Shown: one piece after another, positions 10,343 through 19,678 of the stretch
Layout of the letters: each line of letters begins with the position of its first letter
How positions within the stretch are numbered: position 1 is the first letter of the stretch
Notes under the pieces: generated by a model
Database searches by the model: none
What the model saw: only the letters and a program-made list of their open reading frames with translations
What the model was told of the DNA's origin: nothing
Assembly (NCBI GenBank): GCA_963837955.1
Contig: CAWIPH010000002.1
Coordinates: 4,512,001-4,576,000, forward strand
Source: an uncultured Verrucomicrobiae bacterium
GTDB lineage: Bacteria > Verrucomicrobiota > Verrucomicrobiia > Chthoniobacterales > JAFAMB01
Reading direction: 5' to 3'
Length of the DNA stretch: 64,000 nt
Translations under genes and position numbers: made by a program

Positions 10343-11227
10343 TCACGAAGGCATCGGCGTATGGTGGATGTACCGGGCGAGGCTCACGTAGTCTTCTCGA
10401 AGATCTGCATTGTTGGTGGTCAAGATAAAGGGAACATCATGCTCAATCACCTTGGTGGCCGCGACGGTGTGTCGTATCCTCGTTGGCAGCATGATGGCGT
10501 CATGGCAGATGTAGGAATGTTCTTGTCGTAAATAGTTCAGCTTATTGCTAAGTGTCCCAATGAGGTGCTCGATGCTACCTCTCGGAACGTTATTCAGGAT
10601 AATGCCGCGAATCTTCGCTAACCTGTGGCCAAACATCTTGAATGGGGAGGATTGGACAAGATGATAAAAGGCTAACATCCGCTTATGCAACAAGGATAGG
10701 CCTCGATCGCTGAGCGGATCAGGGTTGCAGGGAACGTAAATTTCGCGGCTGGCAAAGAGAGCGGCTTGGGTTGCCCGGAATACATGAGGCGGGCAATCAA
10801 AGAGGATGTAATCGTAATCGTAAACGACGGCCTTCAGGGTCTCGTAAAATCTGGCAAGGAACGGCACGAGGTCTCCGTTCACAGTAAACCCGTCCTCCAC
10901 ATCTACTAGCTCATAGACAGCAGGCAGAAGATCCAATCTATCGATCTGAATTTGTCCGTTGATCTGGACGACAGATTTTCGAATCGCGTTGTGGAGGAAC
11001 GGGGCTTTCGCCGTGAGTACTCCATAAGTTGAATTGTCCACGCTGTATGAGTCATGAAAACGTCCAAGCCCCATCAGCCACGAACTCGCGTTCGCTTGCG
11101 CATCGCAGTCGACAACTAGCACCCTTAGGCCGAGATCATGTGCGAGTACGCCCGCGATATTGACCACGATGGAAGTCTTTCCCACTCCACCCTTGCAATT
11201 AACGAAGCTAATCAATCGAGCAGGCAT
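10343..11227 (-). CDS. ParA/Soj-family ATPase
   Basis: Deviant Walker A NCKGGVGKTS, VLVVDCDAQANAS, YDYILFDCPP; likely start MPARLISF. Confidence 0.85.
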   Translation of the reverse strand: MPARLISFVNCKGGVGKTSIVVNIAGVLAHDLGLRVLVVDCDAQANASSWLMGLGRFHDSYSVDNSTYGVLTAKAPFLHNAIRKSVVQINGQIQIDRLDLLPAVYELVDVEDGFTVNGDLVPFLARFYETLKAVVYDYDYILFDCPPHVFRATQAALFASREIYVPCNPDPLSDRGLSLLHKRMLAFYHLVQSSPFKMFGHRLAKIRGIILNNVPRGSIEHLIGTLSNKLNYLRQEHSYICHDAIMLPTRIRHTVAATKVIEHDVPFILTTNNADLREDYVSLARYIHHTPMPS

Positions 11228-11631
11228 ATAGGTTGCAGCGTTCCGTGTCGGCGATCCTGTCAGGGCGTCAACAAGCCTGCCTGACGTCTGAGTCTTTCGG
11301 CCGATCCCAAACAATCTTTAATGAAAAGATTTCTCATTTTCTGGGATCTCCGCGCGCCCCCAACAATCTAACAGAAACCGTCGACCAATAAGTATTTCGG
11401 CAATATTGCGAAATACGCAGTATGACGTATTGACGCTCAAATCGGCCGGCCAAAATACAGAGCACGCCAGCACGGTTTGGTACGAATTGTGGGACGTGCT
11501 TTTCGATCGTTCGAGGCATGAGTAGCTCCGGTCAAAGCAGTGCGGGGCCATATTGCTGGCTCAGATCTGGCTGTCTCTCGATCAATAAGAACACTGGTCA
11601 CAAACCCACTTGGTGAGTTAAGAATCTCACC

Positions 11632-12535
11632 ATGTCCAGCTGGACCCGTGAGAAGCTACTCCAGAAAGTTCGGGAGGTTAGCATTTGGAAAAAAGGTGAT
11701 CAACGGGCGCCTCATAAGCCGCTGCTCATTCTCTATGCTCTAGGCAAGTTGTTGGACGGCGAGAGCGAGATCCGGTTCAAGTACTTTTATGAGCCTTTCA
11801 GGGACCTGCTCCAGGAGTTCGGACCGCCGAGGAAGTCCTACCATCCTGAATTTCCGTTTTGGTATTTGCGCACCGAGGAATTTTGGGAGATTCGAACCAG
11901 CAACTGGTTGGGTGATGAAAAAGGGCGCATCGGCGCCGTCGAGGTTTGACCTCACAGGCCGAGAAGCTGTCGGTCGGTTTGTTCCGGAAGTTCAGCGCCT
12001 CTTTCTTGATGATGCTGGCCTCCCGGGAGAGGTCGTGAGCCTAGTGCTAAACAACCATTTCCCTGATTCAATTCATGAAGACATTCTTGAGGCGTGCCAC
12101 CTGGAGCGGCTGCAAACGGCGAAACCGAAGCGAGACCCGAAGTTTCGTGAAGAAATACTTCGAGTTTATGGCTATCGATGTGCGGTTTGCGGTTTTGATC
12201 TTCGTTTGGATAATATCCCCCTTGCTCTCGATGCGGCCCATATCCGCTGGCACCAGGCAAATGGTCCGAGCATCGCCTCGAACGGTCTAGCATTATGCTC
12301 TGTTCATCATAAGCTATTTGACCGAGGTGCATTCTCTCTTTCTGAAACTCTCAGAGTCGAAGTTTCAGCTCGTGTTAATGGCTCGGGTGGTCTTGTGGAG
12401 TACCTAACCCGCTTTAATTCAATTACGATCACGCTTCCTAATGTTCGAACTGCTAAGCCGAATCCGCATTTCCTTCGGTGGCACCGTGAAGAAGTTTTTC
12501 GTCTGCCTGTTGGCGATTGGGCCGCTGCGCTCTAA
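11632..12535 (+). CDS. HNH endonuclease with N-terminal sulfur-binding-domain-like region (putative phosphorothioate-dependent type IV restriction enzyme); +1 frameshift near 11893
   Basis: RAPHKPLLILY...GPP....PEFPFWYL; C-terminal RDPKFR...CAVCG...LDAAHIRW...NGLALCSVHHKLFDRG. Confidence 0.75.
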
Positions 12536-12767
12536 ATCTTTCCGGGGCTACATAGCGACGAAAGTTCACGCCGAAGGCGTAACGGGCTACCCGCATCGCT
12601 ACAGGAACGCTGAAAGTTGATTGGGATCATCAGAAAGAACTCAGGGCCGCGCAAATAAAATATTGAAGGATTAATCTGATCTTCCTCCGGTTGAACCAAT
12701 TCGCCGTTTCGGTGCGCCAAACTCGATTTTTCTCGAGGATTCTTGATCAGATTGCTAATACTTCCCC

Positions 12768-13745
12768 GTGATCGATCCGAGCGAACGCGAACGGCGCATC
12801 GAGATCTTCAGGTTGGTCACGCCTTTGTTCGGGACCGTCCAACCAGCAGCAATGTTGAAGAACACTGAACGGTTCGGGCACATGCTGCATCACTTTGCAG
12901 AAGGCATTTTCAAGCCTCGATGGACAACCCATGCGCTGTCTGTTTCTTCGATGCTGACCAGCCCATATAGCGATCAGATCCAGTATTTGCCCGACCGGAG
13001 CTGGACTTTGGCCTACAGCCCGAAGGCTGGCGGGCTCGAAATCGCCGCGAACCGTGCCCTCATCAATTGCATGGAGGATCACGAACCGCTACTCGTGTTT
13101 CGTCAGATGACAGCCAAAGCGAGCAGTGTTGGCTCGAGCTACCTAATGGCCGGACTCGGAATGATAGAACGATTCGAAGTTGACACTCAGATTTTCAGGA
13201 TCCGGGGACTGCATATGGAAGAGGTTTCTCGTTACCTCTATGGAGCAGAAGAAATCTCTGACGAACTCATCGAAACGGCCCTGCGTTTAGAGAGTCTCGA
13301 GGATTGGACAGCAACGGTTCGAGAAGACAGGGCCATCTATCGAGTTAGTCGCCAGAAACGCGACGCGGCATTTAGGGAAGTCGTTTTGCTAAACTATGGA
13401 TTTACATGTGCCGTTACTGGTCAGCGATTCAGACATGGACCAAACGTTGAAGCAGAAGCAGCACACATTATTGGAAAGGAGGTACTGGGTACTGACGACC
13501 CCCGCAATGGTCTGGCTCTGTCGCGTACAGCGCACTGGGCTTTTGACCAAGGGATATTCACGATTTCAGACCAGTACGAAGTGATCGTTCATAACCAGGC
13601 TAAAGAGACCGACCACGCGTTGTTCCCACTTCTTGAGTCTGGAGCCAAGAAAATCATACTGCCGAATGAGACGTTTTGCTGGCCGCACCAGGAAGCTTTG
13701 GAGTGGCATCGAAAGGAGCGATTCGGAGCGTTCTTGCGCGAGTAA
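12768..13745 (+). CDS. HNH endonuclease with putative SRA/PUA-like N-terminal domain
   Basis: RDAAFREVV...CAVTG...EAAHII...DDPRNGLAL...HWAFDQG; N-terminal GIFKP...ALS...SPYSD. Confidence 0.75.
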   Translation: MIDPSERERRIEIFRLVTPLFGTVQPAAMLKNTERFGHMLHHFAEGIFKPRWTTHALSVSSMLTSPYSDQIQYLPDRSWTLAYSPKAGGLEIAANRALINCMEDHEPLLVFRQMTAKASSVGSSYLMAGLGMIERFEVDTQIFRIRGLHMEEVSRYLYGAEEISDELIETALRLESLEDWTATVREDRAIYRVSRQKRDAAFREVVLLNYGFTCAVTGQRFRHGPNVEAEAAHIIGKEVLGTDDPRNGLALSRTAHWAFDQGIFTISDQYEVIVHNQAKETDHALFPLLESGAKKIILPNETFCWPHQEALEWHRKERFGAFLRE

Positions 13746-13832
13746 GCCGAGAACTGATTCAGCACAGCGAACAACAAGTCACAGCCAGACCTTCAGCTCT
13801 ACTTTGCTGGGAATTTTGCCGGGATGCGCCTG

Positions 13833-14134
13833 GTCTTCGCTGAAGGATCTGTTAGGTCTACATGCCGCGCATTGCTCTGTATACAATTTGTAAAAAGGCT
13901 TCGCACCAAGGCCCAATTTTCTTTCAACATCGATTCTTAACGGTTGCGTTCGCAGATACCTAGGGACCCCGCATGTTGAATATTTTAGGCGTGACCCCTA
14001 TTACAGCCCGCTCGCAAGCGTTTGATCTTTTTGGCTGGCCTCGCATCAATCTGGTCGGTCGTGCCATCCATTGAGCCGTTAGTCCTTGGACGACAACTTC
14101 AAGGCGGCTGTTGCTTGTTAAAGACGTGACCCTA
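13833..14134. repeat. Second copy of the 3945-4076 core plus two GTGACCC(C)TA ends
   Basis: taggcgtgaccccta (~13986-14000) and aaagacgtgacccta (~14120-14134). Confidence 0.7.
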
Positions 14135-14141
14135 GTTTACT

Positions 14142-15068
14142 CTAACCCTCATCGCCTTGAATGAATATAAGCGACCTGCAAGGGGCACTCGTCGGTTCTT
14201 CGAGCACTGGTATTTCGAACATTCCGATGAAAGCCTGAACGACCGGCCCCACCCGCTGCTGTTGCACTGCTCCCGCGAGAACAGACGCCAGCCATCGGCG
14301 AATGGATGAGCGCAGGGCATTGTCATCAGGTGAAGCAACGGATTGATGGTCAATGGGTGTCCCGATTCTCCCCGCGAAAAGCGCCTGTCCGAATGTAAGT
14401 GGGCAGCAGGCCCACTTTTGTTCGTCGAAGTATCCCGTTTTCACCGTGCGCGCTGGAGCTGATGCCGTCAGTTGCACCCGCCCCGGTCTGCTTGGTTTGG
14501 ATGCCAAGACAACGTCGGCGGAAGCGTAAAAAAAGCCGTACTCCCGCGGTGCTGTTCGATGGAAGACGCAAAAGGTTGCTACCGAAGGCAGCAACGCGTC
14601 CTTTAGAAGATTGCTAGGCGGCTGAAATCTCTGAAAACGACCCACCAATGTGGGGCGTCTGTGGAGCAGAAACCATTGGGTGCTATCGCCGTAGAAGCGC
14701 TGATTGATCGATCCAACTCCGTCTGTACACAAACAGGGCGCAACATCTGATCGCTTAGCCTGCAAGAAGGTGATCCGGGCACTTAGTTGGGGACGGCGAC
14801 AAAACCACACAATGCAGAGATCCGCCAATTCGCACTGTGCTACGTTCTTCGTCCACGGCGGACACGTCGGAAAAATCACCTGCGACCGCGTACCATGAAA
14901 CTCTTCCACGAGAAAGCGCGGAGCGGTTGCGAGGATCGCCTTCCGAAGTGCCGAGAAAAGCCGGGTCTCTCGAAAGCTACCCCGGTTCGCAGCGCGCGAG
15001 AACTCGCACCCGAGCGAAGCGCCGAAGTCCTGTGCCAGTGAATTGTTGATCACCTTACTCCGCCTCAA
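14142..15068 (-). CDS. Hypothetical protein, probable PD-(D/E)XK restriction-endonuclease-like fold
   Basis: CELADLCIV...ITFLQAKR resembles the E-x-x-D...Q-A-K nuclease core; start uncertain. Confidence 0.55.
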   Translation of the reverse strand: MRRSKVINNSLAQDFGASLGCEFSRAANRGSFRETRLFSALRKAILATAPRFLVEEFHGTRSQVIFPTCPPWTKNVAQCELADLCIVWFCRRPQLSARITFLQAKRSDVAPCLCTDGVGSINQRFYGDSTQWFLLHRRPTLVGRFQRFQPPSNLLKDALLPSVATFCVFHRTAPREYGFFYASADVVLASKPSRPGRVQLTASAPARTVKTGYFDEQKWACCPLTFGQALFAGRIGTPIDHQSVASPDDNALRSSIRRWLASVLAGAVQQQRVGPVVQAFIGMFEIPVLEEPTSAPCRSLIFIQGDEG

Positions 15069-15188
15069 AGTTGCCGCTCACGCAGTTAAACCCTTTTAGC
15101 CGACTAGCCTTTTTTCTTTCGGCGGTATGCAGCTTATCGATTTGCTTCAGAAAAAAGACCATTGTAAGACTCAAAGCCCCAGGTACGA

Positions 15189-17543
15189 TTACAAATCGCT
15201 TCTTATGTCCAGGCCTGCCCAAAACGCCGGGTTGACCCTATATACAAGTTCTGTTGAGCGACGGGCATCTCGGAGCGCGAGTAGCTTCTTCATCTCGTAG
15301 TTAACATCATAGATATAAGTCGTGTTGCCATCCTCCCTAAGGATGCCCAGGAACGCGTACCAAAGCAAAAGCACGGTTAACTGTTCATGAGAGGTTGATC
15401 GCGGTCCCAGGCGGGCTAAATAAGTGTCCAGTTGGGCATTGTCGAGGAGGCTCGGAGCTTCGATGAACGCATAAAGCGAATCTGAAGCTTCGGGATTTAC
15501 ATCCTGGATTTCAAGATCGATTTGATTAATGAGGTCAGTCGAGTAAGCACGTTCGCCGAGTTTAAAATCTTCTTCGAGAATTTTCGCGTGCCGCAAATTA
15601 ACTGCGTGCGCTTTTGCGTGACTAAGTATATCGATTAACGCCCTCGGCCTCATCAGGCAGCGGTTGAGGATGTAAGCTGATGACTCCTGTCCACGAAAAA
15701 TGTGCGTCTCAGCAAGGTTACGCCAGATTGTTTCGAAATCAGCCTCTTTATCTCCGACGCTGAGAATGAATCTACGACGCAGCAGTTCCTTCAGAAGACC
15801 CGGATCAGTCCAATCCAGCGCAATTTTCGACATTTTTCCACGATCCGGTAAGGACGCTACTAACAATTCATAGACATCATTCCGGATAAAGGTAACAGTC
15901 TTACACGATATGGATGCTCTACCCAATTCATTTCGCAGCTTGGAAAATGCATCTATAAGACAGCGAAGAATCAGCAAATCTTCTGAGTCGATTCCGTGTG
16001 CGTGCCACCCTTTGTCTATGTTATCAAAGAGGATCCATAGACCTTTTTTTAGACTTAGATATTCAGTCGTGACATCACGAAGTCGTTTTATATCATGCAG
16101 GTAGAGCAGTTCGGTAATTTGATCACGGCCAAGGAAAAGGGGCTTTTGTCCGGGAGCTGCTCGTGTTTGGAAGGCATCCTCAATGCTTTCAGTAAGCTTG
16201 AGCATTCTTTCGGCAAAATCGCCTTGAGCGTCGAAATTCGCACCCCCGTAAGCTGCCTCCACCTTCTTGTAATGATCTCGCAGAACATGATTGTGGATGT
16301 AGATACCGCGATCCCTCTCTAGGAGCTTGTGTGCGATCTCAAGCAGAAACAAATACTCCCAGAACGCAGTTACCGTGTGCTCTCTCGTCCCCTGCTCCAA
16401 GTGCTGCAAAACGATGCTTTTAAATTTCTGCAACTGGAATCCTTCGGGATTTAAAGCCAACACGATATTCTGCCTGTCCCGCTCAAGTCGGTCTCGCGCT
16501 TGAAAAAACAGAGCTGTCTTCCCAGACCCCTTTCGACCCGCCACGACACTTATATCACCATTAAGAAGCCGACCAAATTCTTCTGTCTGTAAATAATAGG
16601 ACGACAAATGCGCTATCTCGTTCTCAGCAGCACTCTGCCCGAGGAACAGGTCAGATAGCGGACTGCTTGATTCCGAAAGTACAAAATCATCCTCTTCCTG
16701 CAGACGTTTCGTTATGCGAGGTGCAAACTGAGCTACGATGCGGTCGATCGACTCCAATGACCCGAAGATCGAAACCTGGTCTCGAAGATCGATCGGAACA
16801 GGCTCCGTCGAGCCGGCCTGCAACAAAAGAGTCTCCTTCTCGAGCGCGTGAGCGAGGCCAGCAACAAATGCACATCGCAGGTTATGAGCAACAGCGTCGG
16901 ATCGATTGGCGGGCAAAAGAGGAAGGATTACTCCGATCGATTGCCACACATTCTCAATAGCCGAACGGGCGGACAGCCGGGCGTTTTCTATCGGATCAAA
17001 AGAGCGAAAATAAATCCCACCGGTGGTCTGAACGCGCGACAATATTCGGATCTCGGCCTCTGCCTTCTCTCGCGGAGTCACGATGTAAACTGGCACTCGT
17101 TTGTTTAGAGAAGAGTTGGGAAGGGGTATCGGAGCCAAAGAGTTAATGTTGGCTATCAGCTTCGCGAATTCCTCCGAGTTTGCATAGGTTTCCACTCCCA
17201 GGGTATCAAAAATACCCACTTCTCGTATGAGGGCTTCGTCCCTAATGAGGCTCCTATCGCGGACCAAGACGGCTCTTTTTCCGCTCCCGATTGCATAACC
17301 TATCTCGTAGATCACATTAAAATTCAGATGGGTCACATCTGCGACTAAGAGACTGGTTCCCTTTATGCTTTCGAGGATAGGATCCGTTAAGCAATGACCA
17401 GCGATGTCGTTGCTTTCCCACGGACTGAGGACAAAGCTTCCTTTTTGCGCTAGCAGCTTTTTACAGCCAGCTCTGATTGAATCACCTATTTGTTTCGGAG
17501 CTGATGGATACGCAACGAAGGCGGTTAGCTCACTCAAAGACAT
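15189..17543 (-). CDS. P-loop ATPase (Sll1717-like) with N-terminal TIR/nucleoside-deoxyribosyltransferase-like domains
   Basis: AFVAYPS...ADVTHLNFNVIYEIGYAIG; Walker A GRKGSGKT; Walker B LWILFDNIDKGW; FIRNDVYE; RPRALI. Confidence 0.75.
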   Translation of the reverse strand: MSLSELTAFVAYPSAPKQIGDSIRAGCKKLLAQKGSFVLSPWESNDIAGHCLTDPILESIKGTSLLVADVTHLNFNVIYEIGYAIGSGKRAVLVRDRSLIRDEALIREVGIFDTLGVETYANSEEFAKLIANINSLAPIPLPNSSLNKRVPVYIVTPREKAEAEIRILSRVQTTGGIYFRSFDPIENARLSARSAIENVWQSIGVILPLLPANRSDAVAHNLRCAFVAGLAHALEKETLLLQAGSTEPVPIDLRDQVSIFGSLESIDRIVAQFAPRITKRLQEEDDFVLSESSSPLSDLFLGQSAAENEIAHLSSYYLQTEEFGRLLNGDISVVAGRKGSGKTALFFQARDRLERDRQNIVLALNPEGFQLQKFKSIVLQHLEQGTREHTVTAFWEYLFLLEIAHKLLERDRGIYIHNHVLRDHYKKVEAAYGGANFDAQGDFAERMLKLTESIEDAFQTRAAPGQKPLFLGRDQITELLYLHDIKRLRDVTTEYLSLKKGLWILFDNIDKGWHAHGIDSEDLLILRCLIDAFSKLRNELGRASISCKTVTFIRNDVYELLVASLPDRGKMSKIALDWTDPGLLKELLRRRFILSVGDKEADFETIWRNLAETHIFRGQESSAYILNRCLMRPRALIDILSHAKAHAVNLRHAKILEEDFKLGERAYSTDLINQIDLEIQDVNPEASDSLYAFIEAPSLLDNAQLDTYLARLGPRSTSHEQLTVLLLWYAFLGILREDGNTTYIYDVNYEMKKLLALRDARRSTELVYRVNPAFWAGLDIRSDL

Positions 17544-17625
17544 ACGATCACCTTACCGAATCATACGAAAAAAAAACAACTGATCTTTGCAAAAGCTCGC
17601 GAGGATACGGCCGAGAAATCAGAAA

Positions 17626-17896
17626 TAGGGTCAAAACCTAAAACGTTCGAAATTACTCGTGCCGACTAAGCTTTAGGGTCAGGTCTTAAAAGATTCTCCG
17701 TATGCGCCTGTTTTCTATGATCTCGTCGTTTCCCGGGCTGAGCGACCTCTTACGCTCCTTCCTCCTTCGCAAGGCCTTCGGCGGGACAAGTCAGAGCGAC
17801 ACGCGTTATTGATCTAACCCAGGGTTACGCAAAGCCTCGGGCGAAGCGCATGACAAATGGCAAATAGCAGACAGCAAATGAAGGCCTGACGGACCC
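17626..17896. repeat. Right-hand island repeats: two TAGGGTCA copies, then a copy of the 1140-1335 composite element
   Basis: tagggtcaaaacct (~17626), tagggtcaggtct (~17674); ~17747-17895 nearly identical to ~1184-1335. Confidence 0.75.
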
Positions 17897-17897
17897 C

Positions 17898-18590
17898 TTA
17901 CTTCCGCAGCCTGGTGATCGTTGGTGTCGGATCGCCTTGCCACCGAAACTGGAAGTGAGCCGCCGGGCGAACATTCAGGACCAGTAGGGGCCGGAAACAG
18001 GCAATGCAGTGGCTTCCTGGGTGCCGAACGCTCCTGTAGAGTAGGCCGTTAGAACCGCTTTCAAACAACTGCCGAGCGAAAGTTTGAGAGGCTGTGTAGC
18101 TATCAGGATCGTAGTACGGCCGAAAGCGCCGATCGTTCGGGCGTATATCATGGAAATCATTGCGAAAATCCGCCACGTATTCTCGCATTTCCAAACGAGC
18201 GTCCGAAATGCCAACTTCCCGTAGCTCTTTTCCCCGGTGATAAATAATTTCTGACTGGGCTGCTGCCAGATCGAAGGCGGCGTACCAGGCGCCTCGATCC
18301 GGGCCGCTGAATCTGGCACCCTTTGGTGCGGGATGGCAGAAAGCAGCCATGATTACCGTTGCTTGTGGTCGGCCGGTAACCCACTCGTTGCGCGGAACGT
18401 TTTGGATCACGCCGAGCTCGGCCGATATCCGATCGTTTGTCCAGCTTTCCAGTTCAAAGAGTAACTGGAGATCTTCGGGCGATGCTACCTCGTCGAAGAG
18501 TCCCACCGGCGGGTATCGGCTTGGAATTAACCGGTGAGTGTTACGGAGCTCAACCCGAGCGAGAGCGGGACGTTCTTTAATTCCAACCAC
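17898..18590 (-). CDS. RES-domain toxin (MbcT/ParT-like NAD+ phosphorylase family)
   Basis: HRLIPSRYP, ARFSGPDRGAWYAA, AQSEIIYH, LLYRSVRH. Confidence 0.85.
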   Translation of the reverse strand: MVGIKERPALARVELRNTHRLIPSRYPPVGLFDEVASPEDLQLLFELESWTNDRISAELGVIQNVPRNEWVTGRPQATVIMAAFCHPAPKGARFSGPDRGAWYAAFDLAAAQSEIIYHRGKELREVGISDARLEMREYVADFRNDFHDIRPNDRRFRPYYDPDSYTASQTFARQLFESGSNGLLYRSVRHPGSHCIACFRPLLVLNVRPAAHFQFRWQGDPTPTITRLRK

Positions 18591-19026
18591 CTCTGCGGCT
18601 GTCAAGAAGACGCCTTACTTGGTAAAGCCCATCAATGTCTCCGCCGGTTAGGCGCGTGATGGCCGGCTTCCCTCCAAATAATGGATTGGAATTAGGGAGC
18701 TTTAGCCAGGTGTCAGCTAGCTCGGCGTCGGGATAGAGAATATGCAAGGCTTTGTAAATACCCAAAACAAGCGAGATTCGCGTCAGAATGTCGAATGTGA
18801 GCATCCCAACGTCTCCGGCTTTATATTTATGGAACGTCGAGGCTGCAGGCCATCCGAGCAATGCTCGCTGTTCATCGACGGTTAATTTCCATGTCCTAGC
18901 GATGTTCAGAAAAGCCCTCATCGCCGCCGGTGAAATCCTTTTGCGCACCTCTGGGCTGTGGCGCTCTCCGGGAGCGATCGACGGCTGCTCGAGAATGTCA
19001 GGTGAAATGATGTTTTTGCTAGGCAT
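18577..19026 (-). CDS. Xre/MbcA/ParS-family antitoxin
   Basis: AFLNIARTWKL...RISLVLGIYKALHIL...WLKLPN..PLFGG.P...VRRLLD; overlaps the RES gene. Confidence 0.85.
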   Translation of the reverse strand: MPSKNIISPDILEQPSIAPGERHSPEVRKRISPAAMRAFLNIARTWKLTVDEQRALLGWPAASTFHKYKAGDVGMLTFDILTRISLVLGIYKALHILYPDAELADTWLKLPNSNPLFGGKPAITRLTGGDIDGLYQVRRLLDSRRGGWN

Positions 19027-19040
19027 GTCCGGTGCCTCTT

Positions 19041-19079
19041 TCTATATATGGATAGTACGCTCCATATGTAGAGTGTCAA
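19041..19079 (-). promoter_or_regulatory. Sigma70-like promoter with an overlapping inverted-repeat operator for the TA operon
   Basis: - strand TTGACA-N16-TACTAT; IR TCTATATATGGA (19041-19052) / TCCATATGTAGA (19061-19072), one mismatch. Confidence 0.65.
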
Positions 19080-19202
19080 GATAGATTGCCGGCGAAAGCG
19101 CATAGCAAATAGCAGATAGCGGATGCGAGACTAGGAGAATTGAGTCCGGTGCGCTATCCTGCGCGAGCCGACTTCATCAACGCATTTCGATTCGGGATCG
19201 GT

Positions 19203-19670
19203 ATGCATATAGATCTGCTAGAGTTCATCGGCTTGGTCGTCACTGGGTTCACCTCTTGTGCGGAGTTTGGTTCTTACGCCTTCGTGCATCCGGTGATTCG
19301 CCGTTTGCCACGGGAACAGCATCTCAGTGTCGAAAAAGGTCTGCTCAAGACGTTCGGACGTGTGATGCCTGTGCTGATGACACTTTGTGTCGTCCTTTCG
19401 TTCGCTTACGCCATACAGTTGCGAACGGTGCAGGGTATGGCAGGCATTGTTCGTTGGGCGGCGGCGCTCGTCTACCTGGCTGCGCTTGTCTCGACCTTGA
19501 TTTTCAATGTCCCAATTAACTTGGCGACCGGGCGATGGGACCCTCAAAATCCTCCGCCTAATTGGAAACAAACGCGCAATCGCTGGGAGTTCTTTCAAGG
19601 GCTTCGCTCCTGGCTGCTGTTGATCGGCTTTGTTCTTCTGTGTCTCGCGGTGGCGGCGCGAAGCCCATGA
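19203..19670 (+). CDS. DUF1772 (anthrone oxygenase-like) membrane protein
   Basis: Four TM helices, NVPIN....W...W...R.RW...R pattern. Confidence 0.7.
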   Translation: MHIDLLEFIGLVVTGFTSCAEFGSYAFVHPVIRRLPREQHLSVEKGLLKTFGRVMPVLMTLCVVLSFAYAIQLRTVQGMAGIVRWAAALVYLAALVSTLIFNVPINLATGRWDPQNPPPNWKQTRNRWEFFQGLRSWLLLIGFVLLCLAVAARSP

Positions 19671-19678
19671 CAAATTTG

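Noticed and set aside
10343..11227. Plasmid or chromosome partition locus
   Set aside because: No recognisable ParB, parS or replication gene nearby
3907..14134. Integron attC sites (GTTAGAC/GTCTAAAC-like cores in the GGGTCACGTCT motifs)
   Set aside because: Cores do not give consistent RYYYAAC...GTTRRRY pairs per gene, the genes are not co-oriented single cassettes, and no intI is in the window
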